Shown here: positions 16,326-25,747 of the stretch, in pieces
Position numbering within the stretch: position 1 is the first letter of the stretch
Layout: each line of letters begins with the position of its first letter
IMG/VR virus record: IMGVR_UViG_3300049924_000223
Span: 1 to 42,296 of that record
Length of the DNA: 42,296 nt
Origin: a virus
Lineage: Duplodnaviria > Caudoviricetes
Strand: one strand, 5' to 3'
Translations under genes and position numbers: made by a program
Notes under the pieces: model-generated
What the model saw: only the letters and a program-made list of their open reading frames with translations
What the model was told of the DNA's origin: nothing
Databases searched by the model: none

Positions 16326-19225
16326 TATTTTTCTCCGATGCTGACTTGAGGGTAAACGCCGAGAATGGTGGTGGGCAAGCCGGACGCCTGGCGTAGATAG
16401 ACGCGTCCGGTGGGCGTGGAATGGCCGAGGTTGGGCACGGTGAGGCGACCAGTGTAGAGCGCGCCCTCGTCGTGCTTCCGCTCGCGCTCCTTCCATTCGC
16501 CGTTGTAGGCCTGCAGCTTCCGGACGGACACACCGACCTGGAGGCCGAGGGTGTTCTCCACGCGCACGGTCACCTGGCCCACGGTCTTGGTTACGTCGGT
16601 CCAGGTTTCGCCGTCCGGGTTGTCCGCTTCCAGGGTGATGAGGTCGGCCAGGATTTGCAGACCCCACACGACCAGAACGCCAGGGGACGACAGAGCGAAC
16701 GAGCCATTGGTCACCGTGAACGGCCCCTGGGGGAATCCGTCGACCACGGCGTAGACCTCGCGCCCTTCCAGGTGCCAGGCGTCGGTGATCGAGGCCACCG
16801 ACTGCGACCAGTCGCTTGTGGTGTACGGCAACGTGATCGGGAACGGGACGAGGTCCTCCTCCTCATCGGTCGGCTCAATGTCGGCGCCGTTGGGCGCTCC
16901 CGTGTCGCGATCGAGGCAGCCGGCGACGTCGCAGCGAACCGATACGAACGCCTGAAACTGCGTGTTGATCTGGTTGATGGTGCACCACAGGCGCTCTCCG
17001 TCCGGACCATACAGCAGAATGGTGCGGCCAAGATCCGGGGAGGCGTCGCCCTCGGTAAACGGCGAGGTGCCGCCGGTCGGCTCCAGCCACCAGCTGCCGT
17101 CCGCTGCGTACGTGGTGTCATAGTTGAGGCGGTAGGTGTTGCCTACGTCCTCGTTGGCATCCTCCTCGAAGCGGTAGGAGTCGAGGAACTTGCCGTCGCA
17201 CGCGTGGCTGATCTGACGGCTGGCCATGCGCTCGATGTAATAACGATCGCCGAGCCCGGTGCCGAAGCGACGCACCACCAGGTACGTGATCGACTCGCCG
17301 TTCTCTGGAACGGTGCACATGTCGACGATCTGGTCGCCGTCTCCGGTGTCGTGACGACTCCAGCCCCACACGTCATGCTCGCGGAGGTAGGTGAACCCGA
17401 GCATGGAGCCATCATCACGGGCAGCCCACACGATGCTGGCGGGGTCCTTGGCGTAGCTCCAGGCGATGATGGTGTTGTTGTCGAACAAGTGCCGCGAGTA
17501 GACGGTCAGGTCCTTGGAATTGAAATCGTCGCCGGTTCCGGGGAGGATCTCGTTGACCACCTTGCCGGTCGCCTGGACGTACAGCACCGCATTGCCGATG
17601 GCGATGGGGGCAACGTCGCCGAGGCCATGCTCCGCGCGCTTGCGCGGGTTGACACTGCCCGGGAGCAAGGCGCCGGACTGGTCGCCTTCCAGGGTGAAAA
17701 CAGCCGACTGAGTAAAGACCATGCAGCGCGACATTTCGAGAATGTGACGGACCGCCTGCACCTTCTCCGAGCGCATGACCCACGAAAAGGAATCGTTCTC
17801 CTGTATCGGGTTGCTCTTGGTGAAGTTGTAGAGGAGTGCCGTGCGGCCTGCGTCGATGCGCTCGATGTTGTTGATGGAACCGCCGGCAAGTAGGCGCTGC
17901 TGGAAGAAGGCCACGCACGTCGGGTAGTCGCCGGTGACCGCAAATACGTCGCGGTCGATTGGTGGCGTATCGAACGGCTCGACCTCGTATCCGAGATCCT
18001 GAAAAGACGCGGTTGCGCTGGTGCCCACGTAGCCAAAGATGCCGTTGATCTCGCGGTAAATATTGTATTCGAGAGCGCCGGCCACAGCAGACCAGGCCAC
18101 CGTGATGGGGCTGCCCGAGCTTGGTGCCGCGAGCGATGCGGTCATCACGTTGTTGTGCTGAACGTCGCCGGCAGGGGCCACAGCGGCGACCACGCCACCG
18201 CCGAGGGTGCTGCCGTCCAGCGTAAAGGTCGTCGCGCTGGTCACGGTGATGGGGTAGACGACACCGTTCAAGAACGTGAATCCGGCCTGCACGATGTCGG
18301 CGAAGATGACGCGCTCGCCGGTGGCATAGAGATGATTTGTCGTGGTGGTGACCTCGACAGGCAGCCCGCCACCCTTTTGGATGCCGGCGAAGGCCTTCGA
18401 GTTTCCGTAACCCGGGAATGACTCCTCCAGCGTGTCGGCATCGACCGCGGTAACCTGATAACGCGTGGTCACTGCACCGGCGCTGCCAGTGAGGGCCCCA
18501 TCGATCGGGCCATCAATCGCCGGCTCGAACACGACCGCGGACAGGGTCCACGTCGGGCCAGCGGTGCGCTCCAGCTTGTAAACCGGGTACGAGGAGTGAG
18601 AGAAAAACATCACGTCAGCGGACTGTGCAAAACGGATCTGCCGCAGGTCGGCACCGGCCCATGGCGCAGTGATGCGGTAGACGCCCGCCACGGTCCCACC
18701 ACTCGTCCATGCCGTGTAAGCGGTGGCGTCGACATCGGCGCCGGTCTCCTCCTCCAACTCGATGGTGGTTCCACTCAACACGACAGCGCGGAAAAAGCGC
18801 TTGTTTAGCTGGGTGGTTCCTTCGACGCCATCAATCCAGATCAGATCGCCGGTGGTGCGTCCGTGTGCGCCGGTCGTGGTGACCACGCACGGGTTGGCCA
18901 GTGACACCGCGCTGATGTTGACCCCGGTGGCGAGCTGTGGTTCTCCCAGGCTGATGATCGAGAGCTTGAGATCCTCTAGCACGATCACGTAGGACTGGTC
19001 ATCGCTGAAAACAAACGGCAAAATGCGCGGCGGAGATGGCGCGGTGAAATCGTGGCAGGGACGGACAAAGCCCGACCCCGAGCGGTTCTGTGCGGCGCCC
19101 TCCAGCGTCGGCACGAGGTTGCGCATGCGGTAAGCACCGGTCTGGTACTTCACCTGATCGACGCGGGCGCCAAGGCGAGGGCTCACCTCGCCAGCGGAAA
19201 AACTACGATACGTCAGGGTTGGCAT
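16325..19225 (-). CDS. Tail nozzle / tail tubular protein B (Bbp13-like)
   Basis: SFSAGEVSPRLGARVD, FAQSADV, YPTCVAFFQQRL, KDLTVYSRHLF and WGWSRHDT motifs. Confidence 0.9.
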   Translation of the reverse strand: MPTLTYRSFSAGEVSPRLGARVDQVKYQTGAYRMRNLVPTLEGAAQNRSGSGFVRPCHDFTAPSPPRILPFVFSDDQSYVIVLEDLKLSIISLGEPQLATGVNISAVSLANPCVVTTTGAHGRTTGDLIWIDGVEGTTQLNKRFFRAVVLSGTTIELEEETGADVDATAYTAWTSGGTVAGVYRITAPWAGADLRQIRFAQSADVMFFSHSSYPVYKLERTAGPTWTLSAVVFEPAIDGPIDGALTGSAGAVTTRYQVTAVDADTLEESFPGYGNSKAFAGIQKGGGLPVEVTTTTNHLYATGERVIFADIVQAGFTFLNGVVYPITVTSATTFTLDGSTLGGGVVAAVAPAGDVQHNNVMTASLAAPSSGSPITVAWSAVAGALEYNIYREINGIFGYVGTSATASFQDLGYEVEPFDTPPIDRDVFAVTGDYPTCVAFFQQRLLAGGSINNIERIDAGRTALLYNFTKSNPIQENDSFSWVMRSEKVQAVRHILEMSRCMVFTQSAVFTLEGDQSGALLPGSVNPRKRAEHGLGDVAPIAIGNAVLYVQATGKVVNEILPGTGDDFNSKDLTVYSRHLFDNNTIIAWSYAKDPASIVWAARDDGSMLGFTYLREHDVWGWSRHDTGDGDQIVDMCTVPENGESITYLVVRRFGTGLGDRYYIERMASRQISHACDGKFLDSYRFEEDANEDVGNTYRLNYDTTYAADGSWWLEPTGGTSPFTEGDASPDLGRTILLYGPDGERLWCTINQINTQFQAFVSVRCDVAGCLDRDTGAPNGADIEPTDEEEDLVPFPITLPYTTSDWSQSVASITDAWHLEGREVYAVVDGFPQGPFTVTNGSFALSSPGVLVVWGLQILADLITLEADNPDGETWTDVTKTVGQVTVRVENTLGLQVGVSVRKLQAYNGEWKERERKHDEGALYTGRLTVPNLGHSTPTGRVYLRQASGLPTTILGVYPQVSIGEK

Positions 19226-19228
19226 GGC

Positions 19229-19828
19229 TCAGTTGCGGCGGGAGACGTAGGACGAGGGTGGGCGCGGCTTGTTCATCTCCTCGCGACGGGCTACGCCCTT
19301 GGCCTTGGCGTCCCATTGTTCGAATAGGGCGTAGCAATCGCCGCGAACATTCCCCGGGCGCTTGAGCGGTCCGGCGATGTTGGAAGCGAGCAGGAACGAC
19401 ACGGCGTTCGCGAAGTGACTTGACCACTCGCCGCTGTTGTTGGTCCAGTACGTCACCTCAGCGATGGCGTCCTCCAAGTCGGCGTAGATCAGGCGGCCGG
19501 TATCGTCCTGTCCCATGACAAACGGGACCGGGTCAGTCTCGGGTAAGCCAACGCCAGACACCAAGCGGCGCACGGCGAGCGTTTCGTTGGGGTAGCGGTA
19601 GGAATACGCCCAATCGGTGTTTGGGTCCTCCTCAACTAAACCAAGGATCACCTGCCGCGTGGACACGGGCCAGTGCGCACCTTCCAGCACGGTGTCGCGG
19701 CTGCGCGCGAACCAATCGCGGCAAACCTCCTCAAGCGCGCCACTACCGTCGAGGTCGGAAATTTTCTGACCGAGGCCGACGTGCCCGAGGGCCATGCAGC
19801 AAATGTCGACATCGGAGTAAACGGCCAT
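19229..19828 (-). CDS. Head-tail adaptor / tail tubular protein A
   Basis: SDVDICCMALGHVG, RDTVLEGAHW and WAYSYRYP motifs. Confidence 0.85.
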   Translation of the reverse strand: MAVYSDVDICCMALGHVGLGQKISDLDGSGALEEVCRDWFARSRDTVLEGAHWPVSTRQVILGLVEEDPNTDWAYSYRYPNETLAVRRLVSGVGLPETDPVPFVMGQDDTGRLIYADLEDAIAEVTYWTNNSGEWSSHFANAVSFLLASNIAGPLKRPGNVRGDCYALFEQWDAKAKGVARREEMNKPRPPSSYVSRRN

Positions 19829-19845
19829 TGGTTCCCTTCAATGAA

Positions 19846-19878
19846 TGACCCCGGGGTGATGAAACGGCCCCGGGGTCA
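19846..19878. terminator. Strong intergenic hairpin between head and tail genes
   Basis: tgaccccgggg-N11-ccccggggtca, 11-bp perfect stem; weak U-tract. Confidence 0.5.
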
Positions 19879-19913
19879 CTGGCGGCCGTTGCCGCGGCTG
19901 ATTGTTTGAACGC

Positions 19914-20261
19914 TTACGCTGCGGGCGGAGCCTTCGGCGGCTTCTTTGCCTTCTCCTCCGCAGCCTTCTTGACCTCGGCCACGCGCTTCTTTTCTTCCTC
20001 AAAGTTTTTGCGCGCGATCTTGGCGTTGCCGTCTGCGAGCTTCGCCTCGTTCTCGGCGGCATTCGCACGCGCTTCGAGCGCTTCGAGGTTCTTCTCGATC
20101 ACGTCAAGCTGGATCGGGCGACCCTGCTCGTCGCATTCGATGAACCATTGCGCCTTGCTGCCTTCTGGCACCTGAAACACCTGGCCGACCTGAACCTCTA
20201 CGTAGCCACCAGAGACATTCTTGTCCCCGCGAAACCCCCTTTTGATGGCTTTGACGAACAT
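19914..20261 (-). CDS. Hypothetical head-region protein (115 aa)
   Basis: VKAIKRGF...GQVF...KAQWF small domain plus a Lys/Ala/Glu tail; follows the cement gene. Confidence 0.7.
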   Translation of the reverse strand: MFVKAIKRGFRGDKNVSGGYVEVQVGQVFQVPEGSKAQWFIECDEQGRPIQLDVIEKNLEALEARANAAENEAKLADGNAKIARKNFEEEKKRVAEVKKAAEEKAKKPPKAPPAA

Positions 20262-20322
20262 GGCGGAAACTCCTGGTGGTCAGACGGACGGAGAGAAACG
20301 AAACGGAAGCGGAGGCGGAGGC

Positions 20323-20748
20323 TTAGAGCGGGTCCGCCAACGCGACCCAATCGGCCGGCTTGTTGGTGAAAAACGCGGTGAGCTTACCAGCGGTAAAGGG
20401 GCCGGTGGCGACGGTGGCGTTGATGCCGATATAACGCTCGTAAGCGCCGGGCTGGAGCTTGACGACGTACTTTTTGCCGAGGGTGAGCGACGCCTTGGGG
20501 ATCGCGGCGGGCGTGATCTTCTGCAGATCGGTGCCGCTGGCGAAACCGGAGTTGTCATCCGACTGGATGGCGAGATCGAGGGTAGCAGCACCGGCGGCGG
20601 TAAACGCCTCGGTCACCAAAACCACAAGGAACAAGTCCTTGCTTTTGCCGACATCGCGAGCGACCAGCAAGTCCGGCTTGGTGGTCAGGAGCGCGGACAC
20701 GGTTACCGCGAGGTCTTCGCAGAACAGGAGGTTGCGGTCGATCTGCAT
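20323..20748 (-). CDS. Capsid cement protein (Bbp16-like, 141 aa)
   Basis: MQIDRNLLF, RDVG, AIQSDDNSGF, RYIG and GPFTAGKLTAF motifs. Confidence 0.85.
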   Translation of the reverse strand: MQIDRNLLFCEDLAVTVSALLTTKPDLLVARDVGKSKDLFLVVLVTEAFTAAGAATLDLAIQSDDNSGFASGTDLQKITPAAIPKASLTLGKKYVVKLQPGAYERYIGINATVATGPFTAGKLTAFFTNKPADWVALADPL

Positions 20749-20779
20749 GGCAGTGGTTCCTTGCGGGTGCTTTTCGACG

Positions 20780-20814
20780 CTGATCCCCTGGCACCATTTG
20801 ATGCCAGGGGTCAG
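20780..20814. terminator. Hairpin between capsid and cement genes
   Basis: ctgatcccctggca-ccatttga-tgccaggggtcag inverted repeat. Confidence 0.45.
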
Positions 20815-20837
20815 TGATTGCCCGGGTAGGGTCAGGC

Positions 20838-21821
20838 TTAGACGACGCGCGCCTCGGTGTTGAGGATCGAGTCGCACCGGCGCACCGGCAGGTCGTCGAA
20901 GGTGAGCACCTTCTTGCCGCCGACCATGGCGGTGGTGAGCCAGTTGTTGGCCTTGTTGTTGATCTGACGACGCAGGAACGACCGGATGGTCCGGTTGCAG
21001 TAGATCGACACGCGGCCGAGGGCGGTGGCTTCCTCGGGGAGCAGTTCCAGACCGCGGACGATCAGGTCGACCAGGTCAGCACCGGCGCTGGCGTTCTTGG
21101 TCAGGTCTGACACGTCGATGTTGCAGATACGGACCACGCCGCGCCAGTCGCGCAGGCTGTAGCCGGTGTCCCAGCCGTAGAGCGTGTGGAACGCACGGAA
21201 ACGGCGGCTGTTGCTGTCAAACGAATCCTGTTCGCCGAGGTCACGTGCCGTCAGGCCGGCATTGCTTCCGCGCGGGTAGATCATGGTGCCATACAGCGGG
21301 TGCCAGGTATGGATCAGGATCGAGGTGTTGTCCGAGCCCACACCAGCGGCGTCGATGATGTTGTCGGCGTTCGCAGCGCTTAGGCTGTTGAAGCGAGCAA
21401 ACACGCCGGTGAACTTGGCGGGCGCGGTCGATTCGTTGCCGTACAGCCAGGTGGCCATGACTTCGTTTTTGAGCTTCTGCCTGAACGGCATCTCTTCCGT
21501 CTCGCGCCAAGCAGCGTTGCCGCCTGCCTGTTGCGCGGCTTTGACGTCGATCTCCGAGCGCATTTCCAACATGCCGGTTGCATCGCGAACCTGCGCGGTG
21601 GTGCTGTTGGAGGGCTGCACGCCCTGGTACAGCTGGCGCCAGGTCGCATCGGGCAAGCCGGTGCGGATCGTGGTCAGATGGCCAGAGCCATCGTTACACT
21701 CCTCGAACGTCATATCATCGAGCGCGCCGTCCGTTTGGCTCAGCTGCTCGATGATCCGGCGAGCGATGCGGCCGTCCGGATCCTGGCGGAGTTGGAGATC
21801 GAGAAGGGTCGGGTTGCTCAC
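20838..21821 (-). CDS. Major capsid protein (BPP-1 Bbp17/epsilon15-like)
   Basis: RTGLPDATWR, IIDAAGVGSDN, LRDWRGVVRICNIDVS and RRCDSILNTEARVV closely follow the Bbp17 family. Confidence 0.95.
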   Translation of the reverse strand: MSNPTLLDLQLRQDPDGRIARRIIEQLSQTDGALDDMTFEECNDGSGHLTTIRTGLPDATWRQLYQGVQPSNSTTAQVRDATGMLEMRSEIDVKAAQQAGGNAAWRETEEMPFRQKLKNEVMATWLYGNESTAPAKFTGVFARFNSLSAANADNIIDAAGVGSDNTSILIHTWHPLYGTMIYPRGSNAGLTARDLGEQDSFDSNSRRFRAFHTLYGWDTGYSLRDWRGVVRICNIDVSDLTKNASAGADLVDLIVRGLELLPEEATALGRVSIYCNRTIRSFLRRQINNKANNWLTTAMVGGKKVLTFDDLPVRRCDSILNTEARVV

Positions 21822-21882
21822 GGGAAAACTCCAAACGTCTCACGACGCAGCAGGAGGTGAAGAAACGAAAGAGCGGCGCCGG

Positions 21883-22581
21883 TTAGCGCTTGGTCATCGA
21901 AGGGTACATTTCCTCGGCAGAAGCAGCGCGTTGCTTGCCTTCGCCGGTGGTTCCGGGTTGAACGAACTTGCCCTCGCCCATGTCGCGACCTGCGCGCATG
22001 AACAAACGGACCAAGGTGGGATGCACTTCGAGCCCGAACTGCTTCAGCTCGGCCAGCAGCTCGCCGTTGGGGTCGTACTTGGCAAGAAACTGGTCGGCCT
22101 TGGTGATGCTCTCGGCGTACTTCGGGCCACCGAACTCGGTGTCGGCTTTCAGCTGCGCGATCTTGTCCACGCGGGACTGTGCCATCTCGCGCGCCTGGGC
22201 TTCCTCATCACGCGCAATCACGGCAGCGTGCTGATCGAAAAACTTTTGCGCCTGCTCGGCGGTCAAGCCGGTGGCTTTGGCCATCTCACGGACGAACGCG
22301 ATGTCGCCATCGGCGCCCTTGTAGTCGGCGGGCTTCTTGAAATCGAGCTTGTCGTAATCGACCGCGGCTACGGCCTGGCCGTTTTGGTTGCCAGCCTCAC
22401 TTAATGCGGCGGCGATCGTAGCGGTAGCGCCAGCGGCAGCCTTGCCCTGCTCGCCCGAAGCAGCGGCACCGTTACCAGTGGAACCAGTCGCACCGGCAGC
22501 GGCGGAAGCACCTGTAGCCGCACTGGCAGCAGCGCCGCCTTGCCCATTCTGACCTGCGTTACCATTGGCGGCGGTGCTCAT
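21883..22581 (-). CDS. Capsid scaffolding protein (232 aa)
   Basis: Low-complexity N-terminus; GLTAEQAQK, DTEFGG, HPTLVRLF and MYPSM; immediately upstream of the capsid gene. Confidence 0.8.
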   Translation of the reverse strand: MSTAANGNAGQNGQGGAAASAATGASAAAGATGSTGNGAAASGEQGKAAAGATATIAAALSEAGNQNGQAVAAVDYDKLDFKKPADYKGADGDIAFVREMAKATGLTAEQAQKFFDQHAAVIARDEEAQAREMAQSRVDKIAQLKADTEFGGPKYAESITKADQFLAKYDPNGELLAELKQFGLEVHPTLVRLFMRAGRDMGEGKFVQPGTTGEGKQRAASAEEMYPSMTKR

Positions 22582-22594
22582 GGTGTGGTGTTCT

Positions 22595-22640
22595 ATGCGT
22601 TCAATGCATGATTGCAAGTGCTAGGATGCAGAATTTGCAT
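22595..22640. promoter_or_regulatory. Paired ATGC-N7-GCAT boxes and candidate late promoter (TTGCAA-N16-TAGAAC, minus strand)
   Basis: Perfect boxes at 22595-22609 and 22626-22640, starts 31 bp apart. Confidence 0.7.
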
Positions 22641-22974
22641 GACGAGCCTCGGCGAGCATGCGCATCCACCCATCCGGATCGGCTTTGCTGACCTCATCGG
22701 CGAGGCGGCAGACTAGGTCCCTGGCGCCTTCCATGCGTTCCGTGAGGCGCTTGTCCGGATGGTACGTCGATCCCTGTTGCCGGCCTTCGACCATCAGCTG
22801 GTAGACGACACGCCGCCCCTGTGGCGTGGTCATCAGCCAGCGTAAATCCTCGGCACGGCGATCGGCTGCCAGTTTGAGGCGGTACTCCTCCGCTTCGCGA
22901 CGTGCGGCAGCGCCGGGCGACAACGACTCAGCGGTCCGGCGGAGCCACTTGCTAGCGGCGTTAAGCGCGTTCAT
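22621..22974 (-). CDS. Bbp19-like protein
   Basis: DLRWLMTTPQGRRVV...EGARD motif; located between portal and scaffold. Confidence 0.8.
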   Translation of the reverse strand: MNALNAASKWLRRTAESLSPGAAARREAEEYRLKLAADRRAEDLRWLMTTPQGRRVVYQLMVEGRQQGSTYHPDKRLTERMEGARDLVCRLADEVSKADPDGWMRMLAEARHANSAS

Positions 22975-23198
22975 TTCTCGTCCATTTCCTGTCGCGCATG
23001 TTCCTGTGATTTGGCATCCTGACGAATCAACCAGTCGCGCACGGCTCCGAGTTGAGCGTAGAAGTTGCCTGCGCCGCTGCTGACAGTGATCGTCTCCCCG
23101 TCCTGCTGACGAGAGACAATGATGCGGATGGAGTCAAAGCGCTCACCGAGTTGTGCGACGTGACGCTCAAGCTCTTTGATGTCCTCGTCGCCGGTCAC
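22971..23198 (-). CDS. Hypothetical protein (75 aa)
   Basis: Overlaps both neighbouring genes by 4 bp; GAGNFYAQLG motif. Confidence 0.65.
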   Translation of the reverse strand: MTGDEDIKELERHVAQLGERFDSIRIIVSRQQDGETITVSSGAGNFYAQLGAVRDWLIRQDAKSQEHARQEMDEK

Positions 23199-24901
23199 TG
23201 CTCGGCCGCTTCCACCATGTCAGTGAGCGCCGACTTGTTGCCTGTGTCAGTCTCACTGAGAGTCTTGGCGGTGTTGGCTGCGATGTTCGCGCGCTCGGCC
23301 TGCTCCTGCTTGGCTGCCTGCTCCGCACGCATCTGGCGCATCTGATCGCGCTTCTCCGGGTCGAGCAGGTAGCGAGCAGGGACGCCCGATTCCTTCGATT
23401 GGCCGCGCTCCAGCTCGTCCCAATCGTAGTTGTCGAGGATGTCGGGGCGAAGCTCAGATAGCGGCAACACGTGGTTGAGTAGATGGCCGTTGACGCTAGC
23501 CGACCGTTCCATCATCGCCGCCTGGGCGAGCACGGACTTATACGCCATCTTCAACGTCTGCCCCTGCAGTTCGGGCGGGGGCGGTGGGAGCTTCCCGCGC
23601 TGACCGAGGATGTCGATGCAGCGCGCCATACGCGGCGTAAGGTATTCGTTCATCAGGCGCAGAATCGGTGTCAAGGCGAGGCGCTTCTCGCGTGCGCGTT
23701 CCATGACTTCGCGAGCGGTCATTTTGCCGCCCTCGTCGTTGGCGAGCATGAGGAAAATATTGTTGTAGAATGCTTCCTCGATGCGCTCCTCGTGCTCGGC
23801 CACGGCCATGCGCGCCTTCTGCACGTCGAACTGCACTTGATAAATCGGGCGCACGCCTTCGGCGCTGGCGGCGTCGGTCGCCTGCGTGTTCGCGCCGGGC
23901 AGGAGCGAGTTGGCGCTGAAGTTGGATCCAGGCATCGACACCGTTGGCGGCTTGATGCCTATCTCGATGGCGAGCGCGATGTCGTACTCCAACGCCTGCA
24001 ATGCTTTTGCATCGCCCAAGGCGAAGTGGCCGCAACCGAAGCCCCACGCGCTGTTGCCGCGGGTCTTCCAGCGTGCCACCTGGATCGGGAACGAGTCGAA
24101 GCCCTCCTCAAGCAACATGAGGTTTGGATCCTCGCCGTTGCCGTTGGCTTCGTAGTAGCACGAGTGGTACCGCTTGTCCTTCGACAGCAGGCGGCCGGGC
24201 ACAAACGCCGGGTTGGGGAAGACCAAGTGCACAACGTCGAACTTTTGCTCGGAGCGGCCAGGCGTGGCCAGTGCGGTGCGCACGGCAAACGACAGGTTTT
24301 CCGCCGGGAACTCCTCCGCGATCTGGCGCGCCGTCATCACCAACTCACGCGCCACAACATTGATGTTCCGGCGGGCCGAATTGCCGATGTAGTACGTCCC
24401 CATTGGCAACGTGCCGAACCAGAACGCCGATTGATCGAACGCCTCCAGGCAGATGGAAGCGCAGGTGCCAAACGCGAGAATACTCTCGAAATCTTCGGGA
24501 ACCACGGTGTAGAAGTTGGAGCGCTCCAGCTCGCTGAGAAGGATCTCGCTGACCTCCTCGCAGTACTTGCGGACGCTGTGAATGCTGTTGAGTTTGCGGT
24601 CCACGCATTCGATACCGGCCCACTGCTCGGTAGGATCACAGAGGCCATTGAACAGGCCAGAAACGGCGACGTGTGTCGCCAGCGTCGGCGTGTTGTTGAT
24701 AATGAGCGAGTCGCGGCGCTGGCCGTTGTTGCTCACATCGGCTGACCACTCGTGCGAATACGGCGCGATATAATCGCCGATGTCCTTGAGCGGCAGCTCC
24801 CATGTGGTGCGCTCGACCTTGAGCGCGCCCAGCATGGCGTTGTATTTCGAGCGCTTGTCCTGCGGAGGCGCAACGACGGGCGTAGCGGTGGCGGCCATCA
24901 C
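23195..24901 (-). CDS. Portal (T7-type head-tail connector, Bbp21-like)
   Basis: SNFY...FGT, ALGDAKALQ, MTAREVMER and PPPPPELQG motifs. Confidence 0.95.
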   Translation of the reverse strand: MMAATATPVVAPPQDKRSKYNAMLGALKVERTTWELPLKDIGDYIAPYSHEWSADVSNNGQRRDSLIINNTPTLATHVAVSGLFNGLCDPTEQWAGIECVDRKLNSIHSVRKYCEEVSEILLSELERSNFYTVVPEDFESILAFGTCASICLEAFDQSAFWFGTLPMGTYYIGNSARRNINVVARELVMTARQIAEEFPAENLSFAVRTALATPGRSEQKFDVVHLVFPNPAFVPGRLLSKDKRYHSCYYEANGNGEDPNLMLLEEGFDSFPIQVARWKTRGNSAWGFGCGHFALGDAKALQALEYDIALAIEIGIKPPTVSMPGSNFSANSLLPGANTQATDAASAEGVRPIYQVQFDVQKARMAVAEHEERIEEAFYNNIFLMLANDEGGKMTAREVMERAREKRLALTPILRLMNEYLTPRMARCIDILGQRGKLPPPPPELQGQTLKMAYKSVLAQAAMMERSASVNGHLLNHVLPLSELRPDILDNYDWDELERGQSKESGVPARYLLDPEKRDQMRQMRAEQAAKQEQAERANIAANTAKTLSETDTGNKSALTDMVEAAEQ

Positions 24902-25350
24902 ATCCCCAGCAAAGCGGCAAAGGTGGCGGGTCCGTTGCCGGTCGTGCCGAGGCCACCAGTGAGCAGAGTGCCGGACTTATTGCCCGGGCGATCAGCGCGA
25001 GCACCACGGCGAACGCGGACAGCGATCTGGTTGCGGGCTTTTTCGACGGCTTGTTTTTGTTGGTAGGCCAGCGCGTCGGCCTCGATCTGCGCGGCCTCCT
25101 CGGCAAGGCGTCCTTGCTGCATCTGGCGCGATTCTTTGTACTGCATGCCGCCCGTGACCGAGTTCTTAGTCGCTTCGTCCGAGTTCATGCCCTTGTTGCG
25201 GCTGTACTCGTATTGCCAGCTCATGCCGCCGCCCATGGAGGCCACGCCGTAACGGAAATGCTTGCGGCTCTTGTCGCTTAGCCCGATCTTCTTGCCGAGG
25301 GTGTCGGTAGTCTTCCTCACGTTGTCGACGGTTTCGGAAAGCCAGCTCAT
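24898..25350 (-). CDS. Small virion-associated protein upstream of the portal (150 aa)
   Basis: C-terminal TLLTGGLG...LLG typical of the pre-portal gene in this phage group. Confidence 0.7.
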   Translation of the reverse strand: MSWLSETVDNVRKTTDTLGKKIGLSDKSRKHFRYGVASMGGGMSWQYEYSRNKGMNSDEATKNSVTGGMQYKESRQMQQGRLAEEAAQIEADALAYQQKQAVEKARNQIAVRVRRGARADRPGNKSGTLLTGGLGTTGNGPATFAALLGM

Positions 25351-25365
25351 GCGCACCCCCAACCT

Positions 25366-25411
25366 ATGCGGTTGGTGCATGCTATCAGATTTCACTATGC
25401 GCACAACGCAT
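25366..25411. promoter_or_regulatory. Paired ATGC-N7-GCAT boxes upstream of the portal module
   Basis: Perfect boxes at 25366-25380 and 25397-25411, starts 31 bp apart. Confidence 0.7.
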
Positions 25412-25435
25412 CAAGCTTAAAAACCTCTTGACCTC

Positions 25436-25472
25436 TGGAAACGAACAGCCCCGGGCTTGTGACCCGGGGCTC
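25436..25472 (-). terminator. Intrinsic terminator
   Basis: Minus strand GCCCCGGG-TCACAAG-CCCGGGGC-TGTTCGTTTCC. Confidence 0.65.
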
Positions 25473-25656
25473 CTTGGCGACTCCCCCGACGCTCTCGGCC
25501 TGTTACGGCGTACATGCGTCGGGGTACCATCTCGCCGAGTTATTCCGCCCCACTCAAGGGGCGGGCTCGTAATCTTCTGACGCACAGCGGCGCCAGCCCA
25601 TACGGGGTCGATCAGCCAGCCGGGCTTTCACCGGCACGGGGCGCTAGCTCCCCGCT
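25473..25656 (-). ncRNA. Candidate structured RNA, unassigned
   Basis: At least six nested or adjacent stems in a gene-free interval, ending at a terminator. Confidence 0.45.
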
Positions 25657-25747
25657 AAAAGAATTGACAGCCATATGCAGATTCCAACTGCACTCTCCGC
25701 GTAAACAGCGCGGCGCATCGCGCAATGCTATCAGGCCGGCAATGCGA

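Noticed and set aside
19846-19878. Hammerhead ribozyme suggested by tgatga/gaaac
   Set aside because: The two motifs overlap inside one hairpin loop; no three-stem core can form
12162-24745. Long plus-strand ORFs (12162-13493, 16421-17893, 21283-22404, 23483-24745)
   Set aside because: Antisense shadows of well-supported GC-rich minus-strand genes, with no motifs of their own
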